Shown here: positions 27,218 through 41,900 of the stretch, piece after piece
Position numbering within the stretch: the first letter of the stretch is position 1
Layout of the letters: every line of letters begins with the position of its first letter
Source of the DNA: Chrysomallon squamiferum
Lineage: Eukaryota > Animalia > Mollusca
Direction of reading: 5' to 3'
Assembly (NCBI GenBank): GCA_012295275.1
Contig: CM022679.1
Location: 18,972,001 to 19,036,000, forward strand
DNA length: 64,000 nucleotides
Notes under the pieces: model-generated
The model's input: the letters and a program-made list of their open reading frames with translations, nothing else
Database searches by the model: none
Told to the model about the DNA's origin: nothing
Program-made: the position numbers and the translations under genes

Positions 27218-28297
27218 GGTGAATTTTGACGATTATTTTACTTGTTTGGCAGGATTATTCTGTAATTAATAACATGCATTATGTTATCTGAAATCTAAGG
27301 CGGGGGAACATGAAGTATATGAAATTAAAATAAAAATAATAATAATAAAGAAGAGAAAAGAACATAAAACGCCGACCATACGTAAGTGAAAACACACAAA
27401 GCGGGAGCTGCGAGAAGAACTGATCCTCCTCAGACTTTGACGCTCTGAGTACCTGTGAACTAGACCAGTTCCCCTCCATACTTTAAGAACAATTACTGTT
27501 ACTTTAATATATAAAACATTTTTTTGTCTTAAAGAAAAATAAGATGAATATTTCTTTTCAGGAGTTAAATACTAAATAAAATATTTAGATATGATAGAAA
27601 AAACAACTTAAATGGCGATAGAGCGGTTTTAATAAAGCTCATGCCAGCACTAGATCCAGCCTAAATTGTGTTATTACTCTGTATTTACTAGAATTATTTG
27701 ACGTCCTATAATATAAAAATCTGTGATGCTCGGAATTAAACTGTTAAAGAGAACAAAATTTTGTCTGGCATGAAAAGAAAATTAACTTAGAAGATTGCAG
27801 TCGATTTTATTTTATGATCATTTTATATAAAGCAATTCGTTTTTTTTTTTTGTTTTTTTTTTACCTGAAAATATTTTAATTAAAGTTATAAATTTTGTGA
27901 TTATTTCGGAGAGGAATAAATAAAAAGAGATACAAATATATTCACGATGCAACCTTTTCATAATAACAGTTCGTTGATCACAATACTAAAGCTGATTAAT
28001 TGTTTAAAATATTTTAAAAAGAACTATAATACTTTTCATTACTGGCTGAAATGAAAGTAAAAGGGGAAAGACATGAAAAAAGAAGGAAACAAAGAGAAAA
28101 AGAAAAGAAAAACAATTACAGACAATAAATGTAAAGAATTTAATGAAATAAGAGTGAGAGAGCTATTCTGAGATGAATACGAACTGGTCGATTAAATCCC
28201 CCCAAAATTAACTGTTTCTCAGTATTTCACTTTGCTCTAACGATTAATTCAGATTAATAAAGTTTATGGTAACAGAGTGTGATGCCTTCATTACAGT

Positions 28298-28390
28298 GGA
28301 TTGTAGCTCAGTGGTTAGAACGTACAACTGAGACGTTGTATTTGGCAGAATCTACTCTCTTCACTGCCTGCTCCGTTTGACCTATTTTCC
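28298..28390 (+). mobile_element. Decayed tRNA-derived SINE head
   Basis: Pol III A-box/tRNA D-arm sequence GTAGCTCAGTGGTTAGA, a degenerate B box and no complete cloverleaf. The downstream TTGACCTATTTTCC resembles, from memory, mollusc MESC/Meta-type SINEs. Confidence 0.55.
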
Positions 28391-28624
28391 TCTGCATTTA
28401 TTTACTGCACAAAAATGCATGCTTAACCTAAGTCATATTTAAAATAAAAAACAAGACATTCGTTACATACACAGCACGTTTTCGTATGTTTTAAAATTAT
28501 AAACATCTTCTGTTTAATGTTTCAAGTTATATCCACTTAGAAATTAGAAGAGAAAGATATATGTAGAAAAAAAGGAGGTAGAAACACAAATATATATATT
28601 TATACAGAATAAGAGAAATCAGAA

Positions 28625-28727
<103 letters not shown>

Positions 28728-29941
28728 CACAAGGACAAATTTTGTTGTTAAAAAGCCATTCATTACACAGATCAGTTATCCCTTATAGGAATAAAACAAT
28801 AACATATAAATTAAATTTGATATACAATTCCGTAATTATACTTTGTAATGCTGTGAGAAAAATATGATGATGATGATGATGATATAAGTAATAGTAGTAA
28901 GATAATAGTAGTAAGTTAGTAGTAATAGTAGTGGTAGTAATAATAAGCTGCAGCAGTTTCAGTAAAAAAGGAAGAAAGAAAAAATATTAAAAGCAAAGAA
29001 CTAACTAATCTTTAGTTTATTTCTAAAGTTTTCCAATTTCCGATAAAGTTAACTTGTATAAAATCATAATTTTTACGCTTGACATCTAAAAACTGCCAAA
29101 ACTGAAATATGTTGAAGAAAATATTTTTAATTTCGAGTTGGAGAAAAATAACAAAAGTAAAATATTCTAAACTTTGGCTGGACGAATGAATATAACGGTT
29201 ATGAAAATATAGCCTTTTTGAACATATTCATTAATCAAAATTGACACATTTTTAGATCAATGTAACAGTAATTTAATAGTTTAAATAAACAGACAAATTT
29301 TGTCGTTTTCAACAGCAGCCTGAAAATTACATTTTCGAATTTAGTAATCAGAGCCACGCATATTCGCAGGTGAAGACTGAATGAGCCCCCCTTCTTAAAG
29401 TAAATTGCATTTTGACACATTGCATAATACTAAATCGGCAGTTCATAAAAAATGTTATTTTTTTTTAATGTTCTTAATATAATATTATTCAAGATTTTAT
29501 ATTTAATACAAAATTTAAACCTTATTGTATTATGCATGAATGGTAAAAAACAACATCATCAGTCTGAAAACAAATACACAAGTCTTGGATATATAAACAG
29601 TTATTTTTACAGCGATAGGGAATCTATAGACCGTCCTCCACAACACAGACGGTGGTCGTAAGAGATTAAACCTTCTAAATCCGTTCCTGGTATTTTGACG
29701 AAGCATTTCCTATAAGATTACCAACTATGCTTGACATGAACATTTGTAAATTAGCTGTCGCATTATTATACTTTATGAAATATTTTTCTTTTCTTTCTTT
29801 TTTTAAACTATGAAGCATTGTATACTGATTATCTTATAGGTAGCTCAGTAAGTTTCCTTCTGGTAATTATAACTCTTAGATAATGTGTTTGTGCTTACTC
29901 GTTTATATGTCCTTGAGGCAATAATAAAAGATTTAAAGCAC

Positions 29942-29968
29942 AAATAAATAAATAAATAAATAAATACA

Positions 29969-30023
<55 letters not shown>
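29942..30023. repeat. (AAAT)n microsatellite
   Basis: Direct reading. Confidence 0.95.
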
Positions 30024-30479
30024 AAAGATTTTAAAACTTTTATTACATAAAAGTTATTAAAGTTTTAGGACTGAATGTTACAACGTTAATAAAACAGAAA
30101 TATTCACGTATTTTCATAATATCAGAACACAAAAATAAAAAGAAAGAAAATAAAACTGAATTTTTCTTGACTAGATTAAATCAGCAGAATAAGAAATTTT
30201 TATATGTAATAAATATCGGTATATTACGTGCTATTTCTTTTTACTGTTTATGTATTTATTAATATTTTTTTTACAGAAGCTGTCTTTTGGGAACGAACCG
30301 GGTTCCTCTCGCGCTTAATGCCATCACATTATCTAGGATAACAAGTAAAGAATAAAATACGTAAGTTACAAAATGTTTCATAAAGATAATTTTAACCTTG
30401 CCAACTCGTGTAAAAAAAGTAATGGCTTGACTTTCAAGAGGAGATTAGGGCATAATTCACGAAAATTAGATTTCAGAAA

Positions 30480-30600
30480 TCAGTCTCTTGCGCCACATTA
30501 CGTGAGACTAGGCGGAGAACAAATTGGTTGGAGAGGTTTGAAAGCTGGGTAACTCGATTCGCTGAGGCGTGTAGTAAAGACCCCAAAGATCAGTCGATTA
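30480..30600 (+). promoter_or_regulatory. Possible core promoter
   Basis: TTACGTG (30498-30504), GC-box-like AGGCGGAG (30510-30517), ATTGG (30523-30527) and Inr-like TCAGTC (30590-30595) in a GC-richer patch. Confidence 0.25.
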
Positions 30601-31187
30601 ATGGGATTTTAGATTCAACAGTGAAATGGAAGCACGAGGATATCTTTATACATCCAAGAGAAGCGAGCATTTTGCAAGTAATACGTAATTTTAAAAAGTA
30701 CATAAATGCCGTAGTTAATGTCAAGAAGAGACAGTTTAAGTATTGCAAATTAAGCCAATGTCTGCGGAGTTGGAAAAAGTATTAACCATTTTTATATTTT
30801 GATATTTCTAGCAGTCTGCCTCTTTTTAAATTCTCTAACCAGTTCTTATGCATCTGCGTTTTTCCATGCACGGAAATAATGAAAAAAGACAACAACAGAA
30901 TAAAACAAATTCCAAATTAGAATACTTTTAAGCGGTTGAAGTACAATAAAAACAAATAGATGTTTTAAATATATGTCATACTAATTAGTTCTCTTCTGTT
31001 TTATGAGGTCTATATTTGTTCTTCGATGTGTGTGCTTCTATTTCCTCGACTCTCTTCAATAATGAAACTGTATAATTTTCCAGTTCTATGATGGCTGTAG
31101 TAAAAGCTATCCAGTGCTCTTGAAATAAATATCCAAACTTGAAGCATATTAATTTCTACCTTATATACAATAATATTTGTTAATATA

Positions 31188-31218
31188 CACACAAACACAC
31201 ACATACATACATATATAG

Positions 31219-31283
<65 letters not shown>
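31188..31283. repeat. (AC)n-(AT)n compound microsatellite
   Basis: Direct reading. Confidence 0.93.
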
Positions 31284-31287
<4 letters not shown>

Positions 31288-34200
31288 TAGTCTACAGGGT
31301 TATTACGTTACTAAATCGCGTAGCCCTTACTGAAAATTGTTAATTAATTATAATTACAATCTGTACACGATAAAACAAAATAAAAATGATAATAGACAGT
31401 CAAACATTGAATATAGCTCTAAATATTAATTAACTATTGAGTAAATATTTATTAAAAACAAGTGTTATCAACGGGTATACTTTATTATTAATTCTTTATG
31501 TAATGAAGAAATCGAATAAAACTGGAGCTCAACCAAACCGAATTGAAAGTAGCCGAATGGTGTAGAACGCTAAAATATAAATAAATAATAATAGTGCATT
31601 GACTCCTTTTCAGTGATTTCTATAAATATATTTAGAGTTCTTGTTATTTTCCTTATCAAACGATTTATTAAATAGAAAACTAAAATTTTGGCGAATGACA
31701 ATCGATTTCAATAATTTAAAAAACCCAGTCTGTTTGCTTAGCAATGTTCCATCATTTTATGCGTCGATCTCATCGGAAACAAACACAAATTTGATTCAGC
31801 ATTTATTCCAGTTGTGATATTTCGCACATAATTATGGATTTCTGTAAATGTATCTTACATATTCACAAACAAAAGAAATGAATATCAAACAAGAATGATT
31901 CTTTTTCAAATTAATATATTATCTTTACATTTTAAACTGTACTTTTGAGATAACATATCGTGCCTGCATTAAATATGGTCTCACATATATAATTTCATTT
32001 CACATTAGATTATGTGTTTATGTCGTATCAGTTAATCACAAATTATTTAGTAAAATTTGCTTTCTTCTGTATCGTCGTCTTTCGTCCAAACGTTTTATCT
32101 TTGCAAGTCCTTTTCTGTTTTATTTATACATGTATTTCTTTATATTCTAAGGTATGTTTCAGAAGGTAAAGCCGAGATGTAAATACAAAACTTATGATAT
32201 ATGAACTAAGAATTTATAATACTCCAGATACATCGCCACTTGTAGGAGTACCACTGGAATATCAAAATGCAACAGGTACTTGATATTATTATTATTATTT
32301 TTTTTTTTTTTTGAAATTTCGTGCTGATCAACCCCTCTGCAACCTTAACCAAAGAGTCCTCAAACGGTCACGTCGCAACAATATACTGACTGTTTGCGAT
32401 CTAAGTTCTATTCTTACACGACTTGAAGTAAAATGAATAACGTCATTCAAATTTTACTCGTCTTCGAGATATCGGATGCTGACATTAATGTTTAATACCA
32501 TATTCGGATTAATTCTTTAAGGTAGCCAAAATGTGAAAATACAGCTTATCAAACAAAATTCAATAAAGTTTTAATTATTAATAGTTACTGATCACCCAAC
32601 CGAAGCAGAACTGCTTAAAAGAATCATTTCTTTTATTTGTACTTTGATATAGTATTTATTACTTTTATTTAGCTATAGGAAATTTTATTTGACATTAAAC
32701 GAGTTATGTCATAGTTAGTACATTGGATCTGTCTTTAAACTATTTTGGTTAGTATACTGTAATTAAAGTAGGCTCCAAAGAATAGTTAACTGAAGTAAAA
32801 CTGGCAACATCATGATTACCCGAGCAGATGATTCTGTAGTTATTTATTCTCGGCAAAATGGTTCACCTCGGGCATTGCATTAACACGCTTCCTATGTTTA
32901 GTACCAACCTCGGATTAATGTCAAAAATTGTTAAAGATGACAGACATCTTATGGAGTAGTTCAAATTAGTGTCACGGTCTGGTCTATTGTAAACATTTGT
33001 TTTTCGTAAATAAAACCATCTATCAGTACTCAGCACACTGGAATTATATCGGGTAGAAACATTAAAACTATTTCGTTTCTGTAAACAGACGTTTTAAGAG
33101 GTAAAAAAGACACTGATAATTTGAATCGATATTTCATTTTAAAATAAGCAGGCGATATATGTATGAAATATATTCCAAGAATAAATAAATAATTTCATTT
33201 CGCCCCTTTTCAATAACCATGCTGTTTAAAACAGTACGTTGTTTTGTTTTAGAAATGAAATCAAGAGGTTAAGGTAATTTGAGAAAAGGTATGCTGTTTA
33301 TTAAGAATGCAAAGATAACTGGACTAAACACAGAAACAAAAAGTAAGAGAAATTAACATTATTATTTTTAAATCACGAACCTGTAAAAGTTCTTCAGATT
33401 TATATCAGTTATAAAACTAGAAAACTTATATTTCTTGCAAAATACTAAAACTATTTTTTAAAGAGAGATGACTGACATTTCTTTTTTCTACTAAAGTAAC
33501 CCTCCAACCCCCCCCCAAAAAACAAATAGAGAAAAAAACGCACTACAACAACAACATCAAAATACAGGTGTTTACTATGTTATTTAAGAAAACAAACTTG
33601 TAAAATTCCACAGCCTGCACATAAGATGTTTAACAGCAATTTCTATATTTAGGAGGATCGCGACAGAGAGCTTGTTAAATCATCCCTCTGCGCTGTACGT
33701 TTTACTAAACTACATGTTACGTTTTTCTTCAACACATGACAGTGTGCAAGGATTTTAAACAGAGATCCCCATTAAAATTAAGGGGGAAAGAACCGTTTTA
33801 GTGGAAATAGTTTTAGCGTAAAAATTTAACGAAGATGCAGAAGACAATAGTTAAATAGCGCTGTAAGATTAATATCAGGACGTGCTTCATAAATTTAACT
33901 AAGATGTATTTTTTTTTTTTTTCAATGCATTTTTCTATGCATATTTCATTTGATGCTAGTACAAGAAAGATAACAGAAAATATCGCACGTCATATTAGGT
34001 TTGTCAAATGAACAGTTCTGTCTTTTTAACGACTATGGTAGCGGCTAACGTGTTTATCTTTCTTTCTTTTTTAAATCAAAAGAGGTAAGTAGGAAGGTTG
34101 TAATTTGTTTTAGGGCTTGCTTCAAAATGAACACAAAACTGAATAACTGCTGGTAAAAGACATGTGTTCACCAAACTCGGTTTCCCGCCTCGGTTTCAGC

Positions 34201-37200
34201 CACGTAAAGTCAAATGTATGGAAGTTCTTATTTTATTTATTTATTTATTTTCTTTCTTGTATTTGAAACAGTAATAGTAAAAAACAATATTATGACCAGT
34301 CATAAATATTTAGCTGTAAGCTGTACCAGATTAACCAGAGTTTATTAATACAGCGGTGAAGTGTTACTGAAGTATGATTAATGACGAAATAGAACATAAT
34401 GCGTATTCAGATGTTTCGAGTGATCAGTGACCTCATTGCCCTGAAATACGTGAATGTTTGTGTCACTGATGCCATTGAATATTTAGTTCAGCGTACCATT
34501 ACTATATTATGATTTACTGTGTCATGAATAAAAAAGATAAAAAATTACAGTCATATGATGTCATTTAACAGTAATTTTTTTTTTTTAAATTCTGTTATTA
34601 TTTTTTGTCCTCTACCAATATAAACGAGTTTATGCTTTAATTTATTTTATTTTTATTATTTAAATAATAATATTATTTTTGTAATATTACCGCTTAATAT
34701 GTGTTTATGCTTATGGGCAGGTATGTAACGCACCGATCATACAAAATGTAGTTACCATAATACATCTAGAGTGAATACTTAGAAACTATTTTGATGGACA
34801 GCTGTAAAATAGCGTAATTATTGTCTAGACTGACGTTACTTCAATGTTCACCGAATCGTCGTCTCTCGACTTCACGCCATCGTTGACTTAAAAGATCATT
34901 TCATGCAAGTCTTGGCCAACTGTCGTGAGCTAGAATCCATGCAGTCAATGTACATCATCGTGCGAATTTGAGGAGCAATTTCCGTGAATATCTAGTCATT
35001 GTGCTGCTTTCCGGCATTAATTCTTAACACACGTTCCAGAAGAAGAATACATTAACAGCAGGAGACTTTGGTAATGTCATAGCAAATTACATAAACATCT
35101 TCAGTTCACTCTCAATGCTTCATTTATCGCACTCGATAAGTCATTTTTGATCGGGACAATAGATTCATTAAGAAAACTGAATATTTGCAGATTTAATCAG
35201 ACGGGTTTGCCTCATTTAGCTGTAGTGCAATTGTTTAATGGCGGAGCTGTATCCCAGGGTAGGCAGTTCCTTTCGGTGAAGATGTCGTTATACTGTTTGA
35301 TTAGGTTTTTTCAAATGCCTGCAGTTTGCAGTTCAGATAACTGTGCTGTATTAATCAAGACATGTAATAAATAGGTGTGATAAATAAAATAAATACGAAA
35401 GTATATATAAATAAATAACTAAATGAAATATTAATTCAAAGATTATTTTTAAAAATATATAATTAAATAAAATGTTGAAATTCATATTGATGGAAAATAA
35501 TCTGTAGATATCTGGAGTTTCATCAACAAATAAACAATTACATTTTGCACACACACACACACACTAGCTTGCTACTTTATTTACCAGTTGGCTTTGTTAT
35601 TTACAAATAATAAAATAAGTAGACTGGTTTAATAAAAAAAGAAAACAAAAGAAAATAAACATGTTGGAAGTAAACAAAGATGCATTTTAACAACATTTTA
35701 ATATTAAATATATAACAATAGCTTTATATAGCATGATGTCAAAGATAATTATACAGGGCATTTTGATTGCTTGGAAGCAAAACATCACAGCCTATAAGAA
35801 AAGACAAAAGAAAACAATTGCATAGAAGAGTATGCATTTTGCATCCATAAATCCTAATCCTATCAATATTTTGATATTTCTTCAAATGCATAGGATCCTG
35901 CTATTACAAATAAATCAGTGATAAAAGGCATTAAAATCAACAGACTGAAGAAAATCATAAGTAATTCCACTGTGCGATTCCACACGAGTATAATATAGAT
36001 TGACAGATATTGTGTCTGGCTGTTATTATGTCAGCTAGCAATAGTGGCGTCATGAAAGCTTTCTCTAACAACTGCATGCTATTACATAACTGAATTTGCT
36101 TTCTTGGCAAATATTGCCATACTCATCTCTGCGCACTTATTGTTACACTGGTGAAAATTTGTGTTGTACAAACTCGCTAGACTTGAGCGCATCAGCATTT
36201 TATATGGCTATGTTTGAGAGTGTCTGTGTGTATCTATATATGTATGTATTATGTTTGTATGTAGGTAGACAGATAGTCAGATAGATGGGTGTGGATATAT
36301 ATATATATATATAGCTATGCACCGGCACGAGGAGGTTTATATCCATAGGTACATCTATGTGTATTGTATTGGTTTGCAGAACGTGAAGTGTCGGAGTGGA
36401 TTAGTTTTGTTATAATACTGTACATTTTTTTATCGTTATCTTTTTCTTCTGTTTCTGTTTCTACTGACAACTAAAAATGATTTATATCATGTTTTACTAA
36501 AAAGTGGACACGGAACGATGTTTATCTGCCCACTGCAAATATTTTAGTGGTTACACTGGAGTTTAGGATGTTCTCATTAATTTGTCAGTCATTCATTCTT
36601 CTTTCTTCATTAAAGTTATTCGGCCATGGTTTATCTTGACCTATCCCTATTAGCGACTAATGTTTAAGCTCACATGTCTGAAATCCAATATTCAAATAGC
36701 CAGACGTTTCAATTGGATTTATAGTCCAAAACAATTTTTCCTTGGCTAAGAAAAAAAAATATATATATGTTTTTTTCCATCTTTTTTTTATGATTTAAGG
36801 TTCTGACAATTGGAACAACTCTCAGGTGTACTTTGTTGTGGTCATAAGCCAAAAGTAATATTATTCTTGTGTATTTTTTCTAAATTAATTCACAGCTGTA
36901 GATTGCCCAGACGTCAATGAAACAAGTAATCTGGAAAGGGCAACAGTAGAAGGTCCCCGGTCTCTTCTTCCGTTTTGTGTTCATATTGATTTAGACTAAT
37001 AAATTACAGACTGGCGTCTGGGCATTCTATAAATTTCTGTAACATAATATCGACAGCAATTTGTGCCTGAACCAACAAAAACCTTAAACACTGTCAGCTA
37101 AAGAAACCCTTTCTTTTTCGATAAAGATTTTTTGGAAAGCCTATCAAAATTATGGCGGCACGACATTGGAACACTTTGTTTCTAGACCCACGGAAATAAT

Positions 37201-37877
37201 TTACGATTAAAGCGAAAGTTACGAAAATCAGATTGAACTCTTCTTCAGAAATATTTGTCACTTATTTTAACTCCGATTTGACAAAACGGCAGACAGTCGT
37301 TTACTACACGATTTCGCTGTAGGGAACCAGAACGTGCTTATCGTTGTAATTTCTGTTTGTTATTGTAAGTCTTCAGTGAACGTTTATTTTTTTTTCTCTC
37401 TCTCTTTCGCCTCAAGTGATATTCGACTTCTAGTTAAGGATGTTTTGAAGTAGCAAATCGCAATGAGATGAAATTCGCAGGCAGTCGGTATAACGGGGAG
37501 AGGTCAATACTAGGTGTTTTGTTTTTACATTAGCTGTAATTTTGTCTCTAGCTGTTCGGCAGACGAAGAAGCTGAGATATATAAAGCCCGGAAGGATTGA
37601 TTTCTTTAGGAATTAAGAAAATGTTTGTTTAACGATAGCTCAGTACTCGCCCTTTATGCATCACCTATTATATGTCAGAAGTAATCATCGTCAATAGGTG
37701 ATCAATAGTTCTGCGAGTTTATTTTACTTACATTAAAAGCTACTCCTACTACTTAGTACATTTTCTTATTTAACAGACTTTATCCATTACAAATTATTTG
37801 CAAAGATAAACTTTGAAGGAAAAATAATATATATGGTTTGTGTCTTTATTTAACTATGCACTTGACATATTTCACTT

Positions 37878-37995
37878 GCAGACAACTGGTTAAGAAACAC
37901 AAAGATGACAACTGCCATTTGATGGTCTACTCTCTCCGAATAGCAATAATTGGTCTTTAAATGTACCATGCCATAGACAGGATAATTTATAGCAG
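37878..37995 (-). mobile_element. Decayed SINE central domain (MESC/Meta-like)
   Basis: Minus strand TATCCTGTCTATGGCATGGTACATTTAAAGACCAATTATTGCTATTCGGAGAGAGTAGACC resembles a mollusc SINE core recalled from memory; not verified by search. Confidence 0.5.
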
Positions 37996-38640
37996 AACAG
38001 GAGAGAATAACTAAGTAAATCGTGAACAACTCATTAATTTGTCTTCTGTTGCTTTTTGCTTTTTTCAAAATGGCTAGCTAGAGGTATAAGTTTTATTTCT
38101 ATAAAAAAGATTAACCTACATCTAATTAACTTTGACTGTCTTACACTAGTGATTTTTTGCCCCTAATGAAATGATTAATTTACATAATAGCAAACTAAAA
38201 GTAAAATAAATTTAAATTGGAATCAGACTCAAATGTATTATGTCAGTAAATCTATTAAGAATGAATAGTGAATCATCTAAAAATAATTACATAGTTAATT
38301 TATATTCCTGTCATCATATTATTTATTCCAAATATAAAAGAATATCAAGTAATATATGGTATCCCAAAAAACAATATATCATACAGCTTTGGGAATTTAA
38401 CTTTACGTTTGAATAAAGGCTAACATTTGAATTATCATCTAGATTGTACAGTGTTTTATGCTCATACCAGACTATTTATTTCATGCAAAAGGGAGAGAGG
38501 AATGAGTGAAAAATGATTGAATGCTTAATAAAAACATTAAGATTCATCAGTTCATTTATTATATAATGATGAAATCAAAAATGAAATCCAGTATTATGCT
38601 ATTCATATCGATCAGTATCAAGAAGTTTTACGTAAGAACC

Positions 38641-38760
38641 GTCTGCTAGGCAGGGAAGGGTATATTATTGTCTTCGACTATCCTGTCATGGGGCACTGTC
38701 TGGAATAGGAAACTGCCAAACTGAAGCATTGGAGAAGACTGATTGTGCCGCCAGTCATGT
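38641..38760 (-). mobile_element. Decayed SINE fragment (5' part of the same family)
   Basis: Minus strand TTTGGCAGTTTCCTATTCCAGACAGTGCCCCATGACAGGATAGTCGAAGAC resembles the post-tRNA segment of the same recalled SINE family. Confidence 0.4.
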
Positions 38761-38928
38761 CAATGGACTTCACTGGGTTTCCTATTTCGAATATGGTATC
38801 TGAATTTTCAGCAGTCATATTGATTTGATCTAACCAATTTTGCAAAACCATTTAACTAACTGTAAGAAAATGTTATATATATCTGTATTATAATGACGGT
38901 AATACAATAACAATAATACTATTAATGC

Positions 38929-38950
38929 TACTACTACTACCACTACTACT

Positions 38951-39009
<59 letters not shown>
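38929..39009. repeat. (ACT)n-(AAT)n microsatellite
   Basis: Direct reading. Confidence 0.93.
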
Positions 39010-39010
<1 letters not shown>

Positions 39011-39527
39011 GAAAATAGGAGCCTGTAATCCTAAAAAATGTGGAAAATACCAAAAACATAAAAGAAAAAATGTAAATAACATTCGTCCGAAAAAGTAATA
39101 AATTACGAATCACTGACTTCTGCGTAACAGTTCATTATCATATTCTTATTGACGCGCCGCTCGCGTTTGAGAAATGCTGTAACTCTAATGATGACAGCAA
39201 AATAATAATAAAAAAAGGTGATAGACGGAAAAGACAAAAACATCAATATAAGGTAATCACAAAAAGACAGATCAGTGAATAATCAGTTTTTTCTTTTTTA
39301 CACAAACAGAGGCAATCAGAGTTTAAGCCAGTTTATATTTGCTATGTACCGACTTTCAGGATATTATATGACTTGAGGCCTCTAAGATCTTTACTTCTTT
39401 GTTTATCTACAGTTTTCTCTTGATATTACATCGACATTATTACATACTTAACTAAATGCAAATGTAAAGGAATTGGGTTTGTCGAAAAGAGAGAACAAGA
39501 TTTAAGTTTACACATTATATAACATAT

Positions 39528-39561
<34 letters not shown>

Positions 39562-40609
39562 CAACAACAACAACAACAATGATGATGATGATGATATAAT
39601 GAACTAACTAACAAAATAAAAATCATCAAAAACCCAATATAAAACATTAACAGCAACAACAATAGACAAACAAATACATGTTTTAAAAATTCGTGAAACA
39701 GCAGTGAAATAATTACACTAGCGTTTGAAAAATTAACGTATCCTTTAGACGAGGAATTAGGAACACTGACAAGGATAGATCCTAAAAGCAAGTATAACAA
39801 CCAGTGATCTCCATATCCGCCCGAAACATATCACTGTTTCATATTTTGGAGAAAAATTCATGAGGTCAAATGTAATATTTTAGGGAGAATGTCTTAATGT
39901 GTTCAGAATTTATATTTTTGTATAAATATCTGAATATATAAGAAACTATTGTTTCTAAGAATCTAATTCTACGGTTTTTTTTACTGTTATTTGTTAATCT
40001 GTCACTCATATTATGGTTTACATCTTTCTAGAAAGTTAAAAAATACAGTAAAACTTAATAAATAAATTAATTTATGTTTTATTATTTTATTTTTTATTTT
40101 ATTTTTCATTTTTTTAAATTCTTTTTGTTGTTGTTGTTGCACATATGTGAGTGAAAACAAAATTGAAAACAAAATTACCAAAATGATAAGGAAATTTACT
40201 CGAGGGTGAATGAAACTGTAACAAAGACTCCAGGGTGAATGGCTCTGAAATAGTTAAAGAAACACTGAATTAACTGACGGATATTTTTGAAAGTGTGCTC
40301 ACGTTTATTTTGCCTGTAATTACTTCAGTATTTTTTTTATTTCACAGAAAATGTAAATAATGGAGAAAAGAGCGATCAGTACTGATAAAAAAGAAGTAAG
40401 AAAAACGAAATAGCTTGATCACTCGGTGATATACTGTGGCATCGTTCAAGCGAAAGATCTTGACGAATGCAGTCGTTGGCGGCACATTCGTGATTTCGGT
40501 TTCAACAATAAATTGGCCGTTAGCGTTTAGATAGTTTAGTGATGTGAACTGTTGAAGCGTGTAATGTTGATGTTTTATTATCTCCAATTAAGATCAGTCT
40601 AAAGTATAC

Positions 40610-40820
40610 TGAAATAATACTGAAATAATAACGTTGATAAATAATGTATACTTATTATTTTTTTTATATATGTATGTATGTATGTATATGTATGTTTGTA
40701 TGACTAAAGTCGGTACCTTTTTTATTTGAAATAATACTGAAATAATAACGTTGATAAATAATGTATACTTATTATTTTTTTATATATGTATGTATGTATA
40801 TGTATGTTTGTATGACTAAA
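40610..40820. repeat. Recent local tandem duplication (~95 bp x2) with an 18-bp spacer
   Basis: 40610-40708 and 40727-40820 are identical except for one T in a T-run and one TATG unit. Confidence 0.92.
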
Positions 40821-41825
40821 TGTAAATACGTGTATGTGTGTATGTATGTGCGTGTATGTGTTAACATTACATAATATGTATATTTATGTACGTTTGACGG
40901 TGTTATAATAATGTGTATTTTGTATATGTGTGTGTAAGTTTATATAAGTTGATATCCTAATATTTTATTCAAGTTATAAATTTTTTAAATCACGTTGGAT
41001 TAGAACATTATGAGGATATCTTAGTGACTGTATGTAAGATTTCATTTTCATGAGATGTGTTAAACTATTATGTACTTGAGGAATACGAAAATATATATAT
41101 ATATATAAATTACACTTGCATTTTACAGGCAGATAAAACAACATTTTTGTTTCTTCGTTTTAACAGCTGGTTCGACATAACTTGGCTTTCTCTGGTGTAC
41201 TTATGGAGGAATCTGTGTATTTATCTACATCAATCAGGATACATTGTCCTTGATGCAATCAACTGCCAAATTATTCGTGCAATGACAGTAATTCTGAATT
41301 CTTTGCCTACGTAATGGGAAACAGTTGTGTAGTCACTATGTGTTTGATGTCATATATTTATAGTTCTATTTCCATGACAACACGATTTTATTTACAAGCT
41401 CTTTGATGATTTTCCAGGAAACATTTATTACATTAAACCAAATTATTACAGAGTTAAAAAAGAAGAAGTAGATGGTGAAGAAAAATATATCTTAGATTTT
41501 TCAAGATCAGATAGCATTTTGCATTTATTTAGTTGAAAAAGACGTAAATAAATTAGTCGTGGAAGCTGAGTATTATACATCCAAACTGTTCATTATTAAC
41601 TGAATTATGTTTGGATCGCAGTCAGTAGAATAATGTATTGAACTGGTAGGTACGTTTTTATTGCTTTATTTTGTAAGAAATATACGAGCTAAGAAACGTA
41701 TATGTATATATTTTGAAACTTATAATACAGCAAATTCATTTATATTGTATCGTATCTGAATCAGAAAATAATATACTTTTTTTCTCTTGTTATTGCCACC
41801 AGTATTATTAAGTGCCCTATTGTGA

Positions 41826-41883
<58 letters not shown>

Positions 41884-41900
41884 GCTGCTACTGCTACTGT
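41826..41900. repeat. (ACT)n microsatellite
   Basis: Direct reading. Confidence 0.93.

Noticed and set aside
28298-28375. Possible tRNA gene
   Set aside because: Only the A-box/D-arm is intact; there is no T-arm GTTCGA or acceptor stem, so it is treated as a SINE relic.
37575-37620. TATATAAAG followed by CCGGAAG on the plus strand
   Set aside because: No clear initiator or downstream donor; TATA-like strings are too common here to call a promoter.
40342-40587. Protein-looking 81-aa minus-strand ORF (..NANGQFIVETEITNVPPTTAFVKIF..)
   Set aside because: No recognisable family, non-ATG start, no convincing donor and no partner exons.
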